Of a stretch of DNA of 56,244 nucleotides, positions 45,374 to 54,803 are shown one piece after another. Numbering within the stretch: the stretch's first letter is position 1; each line of letters opens with the position of its first letter. The notes beneath the pieces are model-generated. The model was given only the letters and a program-made list of their open reading frames with translations. It had not been told where the DNA came from and did not search any database. The DNA lies in the IMG/VR virus record IMGVR_UViG_3300032291_002769, positions 1-56,244 of that record, one strand, 5' to 3'. Both the position numbers and the translations under genes were made by a program. Source of the stretch: a virus (lineage: Duplodnaviria > Caudoviricetes).

Positions 45374-45404
45374 CAAAGATATAAATATTTTTTAATCTAC
45401 CAAA
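45374..45404 (-). promoter_or_regulatory. Bacteroidota-type sigma-A promoter
   Basis: TTTG, N19, TATCTTTG (45381-45374). Confidence 0.7.
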
Positions 45405-46294
45405 ATTTCTTGTTTAATATTTTTAAAAATATGTGCAATCACATCAACGGTCCATCCATTACCAATCATATTTTTTCTTTGATTAAGAGATGCTAATGAT
45501 GTATAACCGTCTGGAAGTGTTTGTAGTCTTTCATATTCTGTTATATTCAACTCACGCAGATTACCATTAACAACAACACCATAGTTACAGGCGGTGTTTA
45601 ATGTGTTTGTTTTACCGTTACTTACTCTACCTCTTCTATTTTGACTCTTCGGAAATTCTAAATTAACACAATCACCCTCTTTTGCATATAAGTAACCAGT
45701 TTTAGTTCCGTTCTTGATTTTAAAACCTTCTTCATTTATATCAAGTACAAGTATATGGTCATTAATTATTTTTTCTTCACCAGTTGGTGTAAGGATGTCC
45801 AATATATGAATATTCTTATCCTCAATGTTTTTATCTAATGGAATGTTTGTCCAATAAAGTCTTTGTCTTTTTTGTGCTGAAAATAATTTACTATCAATCA
45901 TTACTGGTTCAACACCAATAGCTTCTGTTATAATATTTTCCCATTCCTTTTTCATTACAACATTTTCAAGTAAAAAATAGGTTGGTTTAACCTCATTTAA
46001 TATTCTAACATATTCCCAAAATAAACCACTCTTACCATCAAAACCAGTATTGTCTCCAGATCTACTAAAAGACTGACAAGGTGATCCTCCAATTAATAAA
46101 TCAATCGTTGGTAATTTTGATGTATCTAAACCAACCACACTTCCTAGTTGAACTGTGTTTGGGAAATGGTGTTGTGTTACACTAATTGCGTGTTTATCAA
46201 TTTCAGAAGCAAAATAATTTTCTACCTCAACACCAGCTCTTTGTAATGCCAGTTGACCACAAGAAATTCCATCAAATAGACTCAATACATTCAT
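45392..46294 (-). CDS. DNA cytosine-C5 methyltransferase
   Basis: LSLFDG, GGSPCQ, LLENV, Q.R.R, ERLQT and GNGW motifs. Confidence 0.92.
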   Translation of the reverse strand: MNVLSLFDGISCGQLALQRAGVEVENYFASEIDKHAISVTQHHFPNTVQLGSVVGLDTSKLPTIDLLIGGSPCQSFSRSGDNTGFDGKSGLFWEYVRILNEVKPTYFLLENVVMKKEWENIITEAIGVEPVMIDSKLFSAQKRQRLYWTNIPLDKNIEDKNIHILDILTPTGEEKIINDHILVLDINEEGFKIKNGTKTGYLYAKEGDCVNLEFPKSQNRRGRVSNGKTNTLNTACNYGVVVNGNLRELNITEYERLQTLPDGYTSLASLNQRKNMIGNGWTVDVIAHIFKNIKQEILVD

Positions 46295-47126
46295 ATTCTA
46301 TGTTTTTAAAAATATGTGCAATCACATCAACGGTCCAACCATTACCTAATAAATTAAACCTTTGCGTGTTTGAAACTATTGATGAATAATTGTCTGGTAC
46401 TGTTTGTAGTCTTTCACATTCAAGTGGTGAAAATAATCGATCTTCTCCTGTTATAGTTTTTATTTCAACATAGCATTTTGGTGTTATATTTTTACCCCAT
46501 CCGTGAGCTAACTCACGAGTAAGTGTTGGTGCTTTGCCGGTTGCTTTATAATTTTTAGCGTAATAAAGTTGTGCTTGGATTGTTTTTGGTGGAAGTATCT
46601 TATGTTCTCCAGAATAATCAATAATATCTTTAACTAAAATTCCTTTATCTTCCGGTTGTCCAATACCTGGTATATTTGTCCAGTATAACCTTTCTCTACT
46701 TTGAGCTGAAACTAAATTACTATTTATTCTTATTGGTTCTACACCCATATGTTCCGTGATTACTTGTTCGTGTTCTTTTTTCATTTTAACATTTTCAAGT
46801 AAAAAATATTTTGGGTTTAACTCATCTCGTAATCTTACAAATTCAAAAAACAACTTACTTCTTGGGTCCTCAAAATTTAACCTTTTGCCGGCAAATGAAA
46901 ATCCTTGACAAGGTGACCCACCAAACATTAAATCAATTTGTGGTAGGTCACTTCCTTTAACATCTAAAATGTCACCAATTTGGATTGTTTCCGGATAGTT
47001 GTGTTGTGTTACCTGGATGGCATATTTATCAATTTCTGAAGCAAAATACTTATCATACTTTATCCCAACCCTATTAAGGGCAATTTGACCACAGCTCATT
47101 CCGTCGAAAAGAGAAAGTACATTCAT
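46272..47126 (-). CDS. DNA cytosine-C5 methyltransferase
   Basis: LSLFDG, GGSPCQGFS, LLENV, QSRER, ERLQT and GNGW motifs. Confidence 0.92.
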   Translation of the reverse strand: MNVLSLFDGMSCGQIALNRVGIKYDKYFASEIDKYAIQVTQHNYPETIQIGDILDVKGSDLPQIDLMFGGSPCQGFSFAGKRLNFEDPRSKLFFEFVRLRDELNPKYFLLENVKMKKEHEQVITEHMGVEPIRINSNLVSAQSRERLYWTNIPGIGQPEDKGILVKDIIDYSGEHKILPPKTIQAQLYYAKNYKATGKAPTLTRELAHGWGKNITPKCYVEIKTITGEDRLFSPLECERLQTVPDNYSSIVSNTQRFNLLGNGWTVDVIAHIFKNIEYECIESI

Positions 47127-47129
47127 ATC

Positions 47130-47930
47130 TTATATATAATCAAATAATTCAGATGATTCATTACGAAGTCTACGAAGAGCTTTTTCTTTTATCTGTCTAA
47201 CCCTTTCTTTTGTAAGGTTAAAATCAGAACCAATGTCTTCTAAAGTTCTTGGTGTTCCGGTAAGACCAAAGTAATCACCTATGATAGATTTTTCACGGTC
47301 ATCTAAAACATTTAGTAATGATAATAACTTATCTTTTAAAATGTCTTTTGTATCAAACCCAGCGTCTGGTGCTACTGCGTCCGGATTTTCAATTAGGTCA
47401 ATAAGTGTATCGCCTTCCTCATTGATATTCATATCAAGATTGATGATTGAAGGTAGTGATGTGAACTTGTCATCAAGTTTTTTGCCGGATTGTTCAACCT
47501 CTTTTTTGGCTTTATGTAAATCTTGGACAACATTAACTGGGAGTCTAATTGTTCTGGCATTGTCATTTAGTGACTGGATAATTGATTGTTTAACCCACCA
47601 TACAGCATAAGATATAAACCTCAAATCCTTATTCCAATCAAAGTTTTTAATTGCTTTCATAAGACCAAAGTTACCTTCAGCAATTAAATCTGGAAGATCA
47701 AGACCTTGATTTTGATACTGTTTTGCAACAGTAATTACAAATCTTAAATTACCTTCAAGTAATTCTTCTTCTATTTTCTTTCTTTCTCTTTCAGAAATCT
47801 CATCAGACTTCATTTTTATAGCCAATTCTTTTTCACGATCAGGTGTCATAACCTTAATCTTTCTAATATCTTTTAGGTAGTGATAAATCTCTTCCTGGTT
47901 GATTGGGGCACCTGTGTTTTTTTCTTTCAT
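47130..47930 (-). CDS. sigma-70 (RpoD/RpoS-like, lacking region 1.1)
   Basis: NLRFVITVAKQYQ, DLIAEGN.GL, FISYAVWW, RTIRLP and TLEDIG...LTKERVRQIKEKAL. Confidence 0.92.
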   Translation of the reverse strand: MKEKNTGAPINQEEIYHYLKDIRKIKVMTPDREKELAIKMKSDEISERERKKIEEELLEGNLRFVITVAKQYQNQGLDLPDLIAEGNFGLMKAIKNFDWNKDLRFISYAVWWVKQSIIQSLNDNARTIRLPVNVVQDLHKAKKEVEQSGKKLDDKFTSLPSIINLDMNINEEGDTLIDLIENPDAVAPDAGFDTKDILKDKLLSLLNVLDDREKSIIGDYFGLTGTPRTLEDIGSDFNLTKERVRQIKEKALRRLRNESSELFDYI

Positions 47931-47934
47931 ATAT

Positions 47935-48453
47935 TTACGCTTGTTTTGAATATTCGTCTAATTTATCTTTTTCCGCTCTTGTTAAGGAATCCATACCAGT
48001 TTGTAAAATTTTATCCAAAATTTCATCCAAAGTCAAATCACAAACATTATTTTTTAAAAATTCGTCAACTTTTTTTCTGTGTTCATCAAGAAATGCTGCA
48101 ACATCAAAATTAGGTTTTGGTGTTTGATTTACCACTTTAGGTTTTCTTCCTCTTTTTTTCTTTCCCATAAGATGTTCAAAGTTGGTTTTATCCATATCGG
48201 ATGAAACGCTCTTTGCGTTTTGTACAAGAACAAACATAAATTCCGGAACATCATCTTTTATAAGATCAACATATCCTTCAACTTCACTTTGTGACATATC
48301 ACTTTCAAAGTTGAAGATTGTGTGACTTTCACCATAAACAAATTTAAGTTTTTCATCTTTGATGATTTGAACGAGTTCTTGTGCAAACTTTTGGTTTGAC
48401 TCGGTTTCATCCCAGTTATCATCACAGGGGTAGACAAATAGTAAGTATTTCAT
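47935..48453 (-). CDS. hypothetical protein with C-terminal DUF6576-like motif
   Basis: LDEILDKI..TGMDSLT..EK..L; TATCTTTG at 48480-48473. Confidence 0.7.
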   Translation of the reverse strand: MKYLLFVYPCDDNWDETESNQKFAQELVQIIKDEKLKFVYGESHTIFNFESDMSQSEVEGYVDLIKDDVPEFMFVLVQNAKSVSSDMDKTNFEHLMGKKKRGRKPKVVNQTPKPNFDVAAFLDEHRKKVDEFLKNNVCDLTLDEILDKILQTGMDSLTRAEKDKLDEYSKQA

Positions 48454-48510
48454 AGAGTTTTTATTTATACGACAAAGATAAGAAAAAGTTTCTGATATTT
48501 TGTTTTTTTA

Positions 48511-49428
48511 CTAGATTAAATTTTTTATTCTTTTTTGCGTTAAATCAAAATAATTCTTGTCTAATTCACAACCTATAAAATTTCTTTCATTATTAATACA
48601 AGAAATAGCAGTCGAACCTCCACCCATAAATGGGTCTAAAATTATATCGCCCTTATTTGAACATACATTGACTAATCTTTCTATCAATTTTAAAGGTTTT
48701 TCTGTTGGGTGAATTTTTTCTTCTTTTGGTATATAAAAATTTATATCATCAAAAACATCTGTTAATCCCATTGGTAGATTAAAAGTATAAACAATGTCTT
48801 CATATTTTGGTAAACCCCCAAATAAACTACTTAATTTATCCCAATCCTCTTTAGTTGGTTCTTGTAATTTTTTTTGTTTTTTGCCAGCAATTGAAGACCA
48901 TGTCCCACCACCATTAGTTGCCTTACCTAAAAAAGTATTAATTTCTTTTGCGTTTAAGCCCTTTTCATTTGCTTTTGATTGTAATAAGTCTCTAATATAA
49001 TCATTACTATCTTTAACAAAATAATAAATATGTTCAGTAGTTGTTGGGAACATTTTTAATTTTGGGGATATCCTACCGGCCGCACTCTTCATTCCTTTCC
49101 AAATAACAATTTGTTGTCTAAATTTAAAACCATTTTCTTCTATTATTGGTAATAAATTAGCTAATTGGTAACTGTAACCAAAAATAAAAAATGAAGCGCT
49201 TTTTTTTGTTATTCTAGATATTTCAACAATCCACTCTGAACACCAATTTTTATATTCATCAATTGTTTTCCATTGTTTATCCCATTCTTCATCAACAACA
49301 CCCCAATATGGTGGATCTGTTATACAAGAGTCAACACACTCATCTGGTAAATTTTTTAAAAATTCAACACAATCTTGATTATATATTTTATTTAATTCTA
49401 CGAATTGTTTTTCCTCTTTCTTTTCCAT
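48511..49428 (-). CDS. N6-adenine/N4-cytosine DNA methyltransferase, beta class
   Basis: DPPY, then HPTEKP and DPFMGGGST. Confidence 0.92.
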   Translation of the reverse strand: MEKKEEKQFVELNKIYNQDCVEFLKNLPDECVDSCITDPPYWGVVDEEWDKQWKTIDEYKNWCSEWIVEISRITKKSASFFIFGYSYQLANLLPIIEENGFKFRQQIVIWKGMKSAAGRISPKLKMFPTTTEHIYYFVKDSNDYIRDLLQSKANEKGLNAKEINTFLGKATNGGGTWSSIAGKKQKKLQEPTKEDWDKLSSLFGGLPKYEDIVYTFNLPMGLTDVFDDINFYIPKEEKIHPTEKPLKLIERLVNVCSNKGDIILDPFMGGGSTAISCINNERNFIGCELDKNYFDLTQKRIKNLI

Positions 49429-50179
49429 GTGTTGTTTTTTTATTTTTTATATCAATAAATTCAAATATTTCATTGTATTGATAAATATCTTTAATTATTT
49501 TAAAGTCTTTATTTAAAACCTTGGACATTTTTTTTAAAATTTTTTCATCATATTCGATTTTTTTAGTTTCATTTCTTTCAACAACAATACCAAAATCATC
49601 ATCAAATTTTATTGTAATTGATGTTGTTTCAATTGGGTTTGATGCGTAAAAATCAGCAGAAAAGGGTAAAAAATTTTTATTTTTAGATTTACCAAGTTTA
49701 TTTTGTGTTTTTAATATTTGAATAAAATGTTCATTATTAGCATCAATAACATATTGTTTTAAATAAAATGTGTTACACTCATAAGAATTTTTTTCTGGAT
49801 ATAAAACCCATAAATGATATAATGGTATTCCATATTCAAAATTAGCCTTAGTATCTATTGACCATCGTGAATCCGAAATATATTCAAAATCTGTTGAACT
49901 ACATAAACATTTTTCAGCAAAAAAATGTAATTTTCCACCACAATTAATACACTTTTTTGGTTGTACCAAGGACGTAGCTTTAGTCTCATCTTTATTATCG
50001 TGGTCATATCCATGGGATATCGAACCGGTACCTTTTATGTCGTGTTCAATACATGTTAGTAATTCAAATTCATCATCAGAAAAACCAATAGAAATTGGTG
50101 TGTTATATTTCTTACCAAGTTTGATTTTTTCAAACCAATTACTGGTTAAATTTTTTATTGTTATTAATGTTTTGTCCAT
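49388..50179 (-). CDS. putative restriction endonuclease partner
   Basis: 263-aa ORF overlapping the MTase; GYD...DETK (PD-(D/E)xK-like) and CINC...CLC. Confidence 0.5.
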   Translation of the reverse strand: MDKTLITIKNLTSNWFEKIKLGKKYNTPISIGFSDDEFELLTCIEHDIKGTGSISHGYDHDNKDETKATSLVQPKKCINCGGKLHFFAEKCLCSSTDFEYISDSRWSIDTKANFEYGIPLYHLWVLYPEKNSYECNTFYLKQYVIDANNEHFIQILKTQNKLGKSKNKNFLPFSADFYASNPIETTSITIKFDDDFGIVVERNETKKIEYDEKILKKMSKVLNKDFKIIKDIYQYNEIFEFIDIKNKKTTHGKERGKTIRRIK

Positions 50180-50184
50180 AACAA

Positions 50185-50216
50185 CAAACTTACAAAAAAT
50201 ATTTTAATTTACCAAA
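50185..50216 (-). promoter_or_regulatory. Bacteroidota-type sigma-A promoter
   Basis: TTTG, N20, TAAGTTTG (50192-50185). Confidence 0.65.
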
Positions 50217-52582
50217 ACTTTTGAAATATTTTCTTCTTTTTTAATCTTCACAGAAAAATCACACCATTGGTTAATTAATGGGTTATGCGAAATAATGAAT
50301 ATCTTATCAAAATAATCTTTAATTTTAACAAAAAACTCAAACACCATTTCCAAGTTATCGTTACTAATTTTCCCAAAAACTTCATCAAATACAACCGAAT
50401 TTGGTTTCGGCAAACTACATATTTTGCTCAATACCGATCTTAATGCAAGAGAGGCTAAAGTCCTCTCGAAACCTGATCCGGAAACCATTAATTTCTCAAT
50501 ACCGGTGCTATTATCGATCATTAAAAATTCAACTTCACTTTTGTCATTAATTCTAATTTCCATTTTAAAATGACAACTATCTTCCATCAATCTTTGTAAT
50601 TCAGAGTTAATTAGTGGCATCATAGTTTTCATAATAATTTTTGATACACCGTTTTTACCATAAGATTCAAGATATATTTTGTAAATTTTATCTTTATCTT
50701 CTTCTTCCTGGATTTTCACAATCATTTTTTTATTATGGTCAATTTTTTCCTCGGTTGTTTTAATACTATACTCGGTTGAAGAAATTTGTTGGTTCTTATC
50801 CTTTTTCATTCGTTCAAGTTCATCAATTCTAATATCAGCTTTAATTAACATTTCGTCAATTTTCAAATTAGATTTGATTTTGTCTTGAGCTTCATTCCAT
50901 CTTTCCAACTTACTATTTAACCCAGAAATTTTTAAATCGCAGCTTTCAATACTTAAATCGTATTTTTCTTTGATAAGTTTGTTTTTTTCATACTCATCAA
51001 ATTGTCTTTTGGTTTCAACAAATTCTTTTTCTTTGACCGATAACTCATTCAACAATACTTCTTTATGTGATTTATGAGTGATAAGTCCTGCAAGTTCTGA
51101 AATTTTTAGTTGGGTAATTGCAGCGTTCATTAACTCAATACCACAGTGTTCACACTTAATACCACCTTTAACAGAACTTTTTAATTTTTCAATTTCAGAT
51201 ATTTTTGTATCAAGTGTAATCTTTTCGGTATTAACTTTTTTGTATTCTTCCTTAACCTCATCATGTTTATCTTCATAATAATAGTTTTCCGGTTCAACAA
51301 CATTTAATTCCTTTAATTTTTCCTGGAAAGATTCTTTTTGACCATTCAAATTCTGGATTTCAATTTGAGTTTCTTGTGGGTTCATAAGGGCAATTTCCTT
51401 ATCAATGTCTGTATGTTTTTTCTTCAACATATCATCACGATATTCTTTACCCTTACTTAATTTTTCTTCAATATCTTTTAACTCATTCTTATACTCAACA
51501 ATTGATTCATTATAACTAACGATTTGGTCCTCATAAGTTTTAATATCCGATTTTAATTGTTCAGAACTATATAAATTTGATAGTTTTGATTTATTAAAGT
51601 CTGAATAAATTTCTTTTGCAACCTCCTCTTTCCGTTTTAAAAACTCAAGACCCATAAATCTTGAAAGGACTTGTCCTCTGGCTGTTGGTTTTGACTCCAA
51701 CAAATCTTCAAGATTTGTTGCTGTTGTTAGAATGGTCATTAAGAAATCCTCCTTGGTTCCAATGGAATTTTTAATGAACGCTTCAGTTTCCCTTCTTTGT
51801 TCTCCGGTGAAGTTTTGTAGTGATCCGTCGTGTAATTTTTTAAAGAAATCTAATTCTGTTTTTACATTCCAGTCACCTTTTTTAGATTTTTTTCTTTCAA
51901 TCTTTCTTAAAATTATATAATCTTCACCATCGATTGTGATTTCACCTTTAACAACTACCGAGTCTTTATCGGTAAATCGGTTAAAGATTTCCTCAGCTTT
52001 TGATGTCTTTGTTGTCTCATTAAAAAATAAGAACATCAATAAATCCACAGTAAGAACCGTTTTTCCACCAAAATTAGGTGGATTAGATTCAACAACGACT
52101 AAACCATTTAGTTTGTCAAAATCTAATCTTTGATTTTCACCATACGATAAAAAATTTGAGAACTCAATGTTTCTAATATACCACTTTTTAAATTGTGTTA
52201 TATCAACATTACCTTCTTCCATTTTGTTTTCAACCATTCGGTTTAATTCCAAAACTTTATCTAGACTTTTTTCATAATTTTTTGATTCCAAAAATTTCTT
52301 TAATAAATCCAATTGATAATTTGTGTCAGTAATATTAACTGAAACGTCAACTGTTTGCATTGTTTCCTGGTCTACATTCTTAACTTTTGTTAACACATTA
52401 ACATTAGTTGTGTTGTATTTCTTTTGGAAATAATGTTTAACACTTTTAATTTTATCTTGTGTAAAATTTTCTTGGAAATCTTCCCACACTACTTGTATGG
52501 ATGGGTTTTCAAACTTTGAAAAGTCCAAATCTTTTATCATAATATTGTAATTATATAATCTTGGTGGATTGAATAAATCCAT
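50204..52582 (-). CDS. sbcC: SbcC/Rad50/gp46-like ATPase
   Basis: NFLSYG, NFGGKT, CEHC zinc hook, SGSGFE, FDEVFG, ISHN and long coiled coils. Confidence 0.88.
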   Translation of the reverse strand: MDLFNPPRLYNYNIMIKDLDFSKFENPSIQVVWEDFQENFTQDKIKSVKHYFQKKYNTTNVNVLTKVKNVDQETMQTVDVSVNITDTNYQLDLLKKFLESKNYEKSLDKVLELNRMVENKMEEGNVDITQFKKWYIRNIEFSNFLSYGENQRLDFDKLNGLVVVESNPPNFGGKTVLTVDLLMFLFFNETTKTSKAEEIFNRFTDKDSVVVKGEITIDGEDYIILRKIERKKSKKGDWNVKTELDFFKKLHDGSLQNFTGEQRRETEAFIKNSIGTKEDFLMTILTTATNLEDLLESKPTARGQVLSRFMGLEFLKRKEEVAKEIYSDFNKSKLSNLYSSEQLKSDIKTYEDQIVSYNESIVEYKNELKDIEEKLSKGKEYRDDMLKKKHTDIDKEIALMNPQETQIEIQNLNGQKESFQEKLKELNVVEPENYYYEDKHDEVKEEYKKVNTEKITLDTKISEIEKLKSSVKGGIKCEHCGIELMNAAITQLKISELAGLITHKSHKEVLLNELSVKEKEFVETKRQFDEYEKNKLIKEKYDLSIESCDLKISGLNSKLERWNEAQDKIKSNLKIDEMLIKADIRIDELERMKKDKNQQISSTEYSIKTTEEKIDHNKKMIVKIQEEEDKDKIYKIYLESYGKNGVSKIIMKTMMPLINSELQRLMEDSCHFKMEIRINDKSEVEFLMIDNSTGIEKLMVSGSGFERTLASLALRSVLSKICSLPKPNSVVFDEVFGKISNDNLEMVFEFFVKIKDYFDKIFIISHNPLINQWCDFSVKIKKEENISKVLVN

Positions 52583-52586
52583 TTAT

Positions 52587-52931
52587 TTATTTTTCTAATT
52601 CTGAAATTTGGTCTTCAACTTGTGATTCTTCTCTGTCTGCAATTGAAAATCCGGCACTATCAAATTCTGGTTCTTCCACTTGGAACATACCTTGGTTGTT
52701 TTCTTTAAATTCAACAATTGAGTTTAATTCAGTATCGTCAATAACACTAAATGGTGTTTCATTACCCCCAACAGTTACATTTAATTGTTGTTCAAGACTT
52801 TCAGCATCTTTTTGTTCTGCCATTTGTTTCATCATCTTGTTTAGTGCGTTTTGCATTGCATATCTTTCTTGTGCAATTCTACGGTTTTTTTTTTCTACTT
52901 TTGCTCTATGAGCTTTTGCTGCTTTTCCCAT
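52587..52931 (-). CDS. hypothetical protein
   Basis: basic N-terminus, acidic C-terminus. Confidence 0.65.
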   Translation of the reverse strand: MGKAAKAHRAKVEKKNRRIAQERYAMQNALNKMMKQMAEQKDAESLEQQLNVTVGGNETPFSVIDDTELNSIVEFKENNQGMFQVEEPEFDSAGFSIADREESQVEDQISELEK

Positions 52932-52943
52932 TTTTATTTATAT

Positions 52944-53342
52944 TTAATCGTTTAAAATTTCTTGTTCATTTTCTGGTTCTTGATAATACTCCATTTTTGG
53001 CGGTCTATTTTCCTCAAACCATTCTATAATTGCATTGATTGCCCATACTGCTCCGGCAGATGTTATACCATCAAAAAACCAAGATATGTTTTGGTTAACA
53101 CCAAATAGTAGATATGTCGGTGAAAATATTACCATACCTAAAAAAAAACCACCCCAGGTAGAAAAACAAAGTGGACAACTTATAAGTCCTGATAAAAACT
53201 TACCTAAATACTGAAATGGTGCGTATTCGTTATTACCCCAATTGTGAATGGATTGTCTAAATCCGTTAAAAATTGATCCGTAGACCATAATGTTCATTAA
53301 TCCATAACTCATAATGAACCAAACTAAAATTTTAATTGTCAT
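52944..53342 (-). CDS. DUF1360-like membrane protein
   Basis: LISCPLCFSTWGG and TM helices. Confidence 0.7.
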   Translation of the reverse strand: MTIKILVWFIMSYGLMNIMVYGSIFNGFRQSIHNWGNNEYAPFQYLGKFLSGLISCPLCFSTWGGFFLGMVIFSPTYLLFGVNQNISWFFDGITSAGAVWAINAIIEWFEENRPPKMEYYQEPENEQEILND

Positions 53343-54063
53343 ATTTTCTATTTTTTTTTAAATTATCCTCCGCCCATAATGGTTGTAGGTTTGTATAATG
53401 ATTTAATTTTATTAAATCTTCTTCATTTTCTGAAAGGTATAGTGGTTTTATATGATCTAAATGCCACTTACCATAATTTTCCCAAGTCATACCTTCAGTA
53501 AACTTATTTTCAATATAAGATTTAAATTTTTCTTTATCAAGTCCTATAATATCAAAAGTTCTTTTACTTTTATTTTCACCCGTTAAATATTCACGAACTC
53601 TGTCTCTAATATTTTTTTTAATTCGTTCAAGTGGATCAATTTTTAATTTATTTTTCTTCCACTCATTTGATTTTTTTCTTTCTTGTTCTTTGTTGTTGTG
53701 GTAATACAATTTTCTTTTTTCTCTTTCTTTTTCTATATTATTTTGATAATATAATCTTCTTCTTTCTTTTTCTTTTTCAACAAATTCTGGATTTTCTCTA
53801 TATTTTTTCATTCTAACAGAACTAGTCATATGTGGGTTTTTTTCCAAATAGTTTTTAATAATTTGTTTATGTTTTTCTTTGTTTTTTTCTAACCATTTTT
53901 TTGCTGTTACCCTTCTTTTTTCTGGATTATTTTTATTATATAATTTGTATCTTTTATTTTCACACTCTTTACAATAAATTGAGATCCCATCTTTTTTGTT
54001 TTTATTTTTACCAAAATCAGAAATTGGTTTAAATTCTAAACATCTTTTACAATTTTTTTCCAT
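53332..54063 (-). CDS. free-standing HNH homing endonuclease
   Basis: CKRC...CKEC; MTWENYG.WHLDHIKP...HYTNLQPLWAEDNLKK; TATTTAT at 54081-54087. Confidence 0.88.
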   Translation of the reverse strand: MEKNCKRCLEFKPISDFGKNKNKKDGISIYCKECENKRYKLYNKNNPEKRRVTAKKWLEKNKEKHKQIIKNYLEKNPHMTSSVRMKKYRENPEFVEKEKERRRLYYQNNIEKEREKRKLYYHNNKEQERKKSNEWKKNKLKIDPLERIKKNIRDRVREYLTGENKSKRTFDIIGLDKEKFKSYIENKFTEGMTWENYGKWHLDHIKPLYLSENEEDLIKLNHYTNLQPLWAEDNLKKNRKYDN

Positions 54064-54119
54064 AATATCTATTTTTATTGATAAATATTACTTAAATGTG
54101 TTTTATGTACATAGACAAA

Positions 54120-54803
54120 TCATATTGTATCATTTAAATTTGAACCCCTCATAAAAATTGCTTTTAATGGATTTTTTGTATTTTGGAGGTCCTGGTTTAT
54201 TTTTTCTAAATTTTTTATTTTTTCATTTTTATCTGAAATTTCTTTTCTTAACTTCTGGAGTGTTTCCTGAAGCATTTTTTGGTTTGTGTCGTCTAACTTT
54301 TCGTCTAAATTACGTCTAACTTCGTCTAATTCTTTATCCTTTTTAGACATTTCTTTTTGGAAAGAATTTTCCATTTCTTCGGTCTTAGTGGAAAAAATTT
54401 TCCGTTCTGACTCCAAATCATTGTTTAACTGGAAAATTTTTTCTTCAAGTTCTTCATTATTGGTTATTGTTACAATTTTTTCAACTTCTTTTATAATCTC
54501 CTTTTCAACAATAACTTCCTTTATTACCTCAATCTCCTTGATAACTTCAACCGGTACTTCCACCCGTATTTCACGGATTACCTCAATTTCTACCTGTTTT
54601 TCACCAACAATACCCGTTTTTAAGTCTTTTTCACCTTCATTAAGTGGTTTTTCCAAAAGTCCGTACTTTTCAATGTTAAAACCAGTGTCAAAACATTTTT
54701 TAATAAACCCATCAACATCTTCAATGTTATTTAGTTTACAATAACTTTCAACACTTTTACTAAAAATTTTTGAGTACTTCGGTTCCATTTTCAATATCTT
54801 CAA
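54120..54803 (-). CDS. hypothetical coiled-coil protein with EVIKE repeats
   Basis: YCKLNNI...G.NIEKYGL; V/I-E-V-I-K-E repeats. Confidence 0.7.
   Translation of the reverse strand: MKILKMEPKYSKIFSKSVESYCKLNNIEDVDGFIKKCFDTGFNIEKYGLLEKPLNEGEKDLKTGIVGEKQVEIEVIREIRVEVPVEVIKEIEVIKEVIVEKEIIKEVEKIVTITNNEELEEKIFQLNNDLESERKIFSTKTEEMENSFQKEMSKKDKELDEVRRNLDEKLDDTNQKMLQETLQKLRKEISDKNEKIKNLEKINQDLQNTKNPLKAIFMRGSNLNDTI

Noticed and set aside
54286-54330. Four copies of CGTCTAA at 10-12 nt spacing as iterons
   Set aside because: They lie inside a coiled-coil CDS (LDE/LDD codons) with irregular spacing; most simply coding low complexity.
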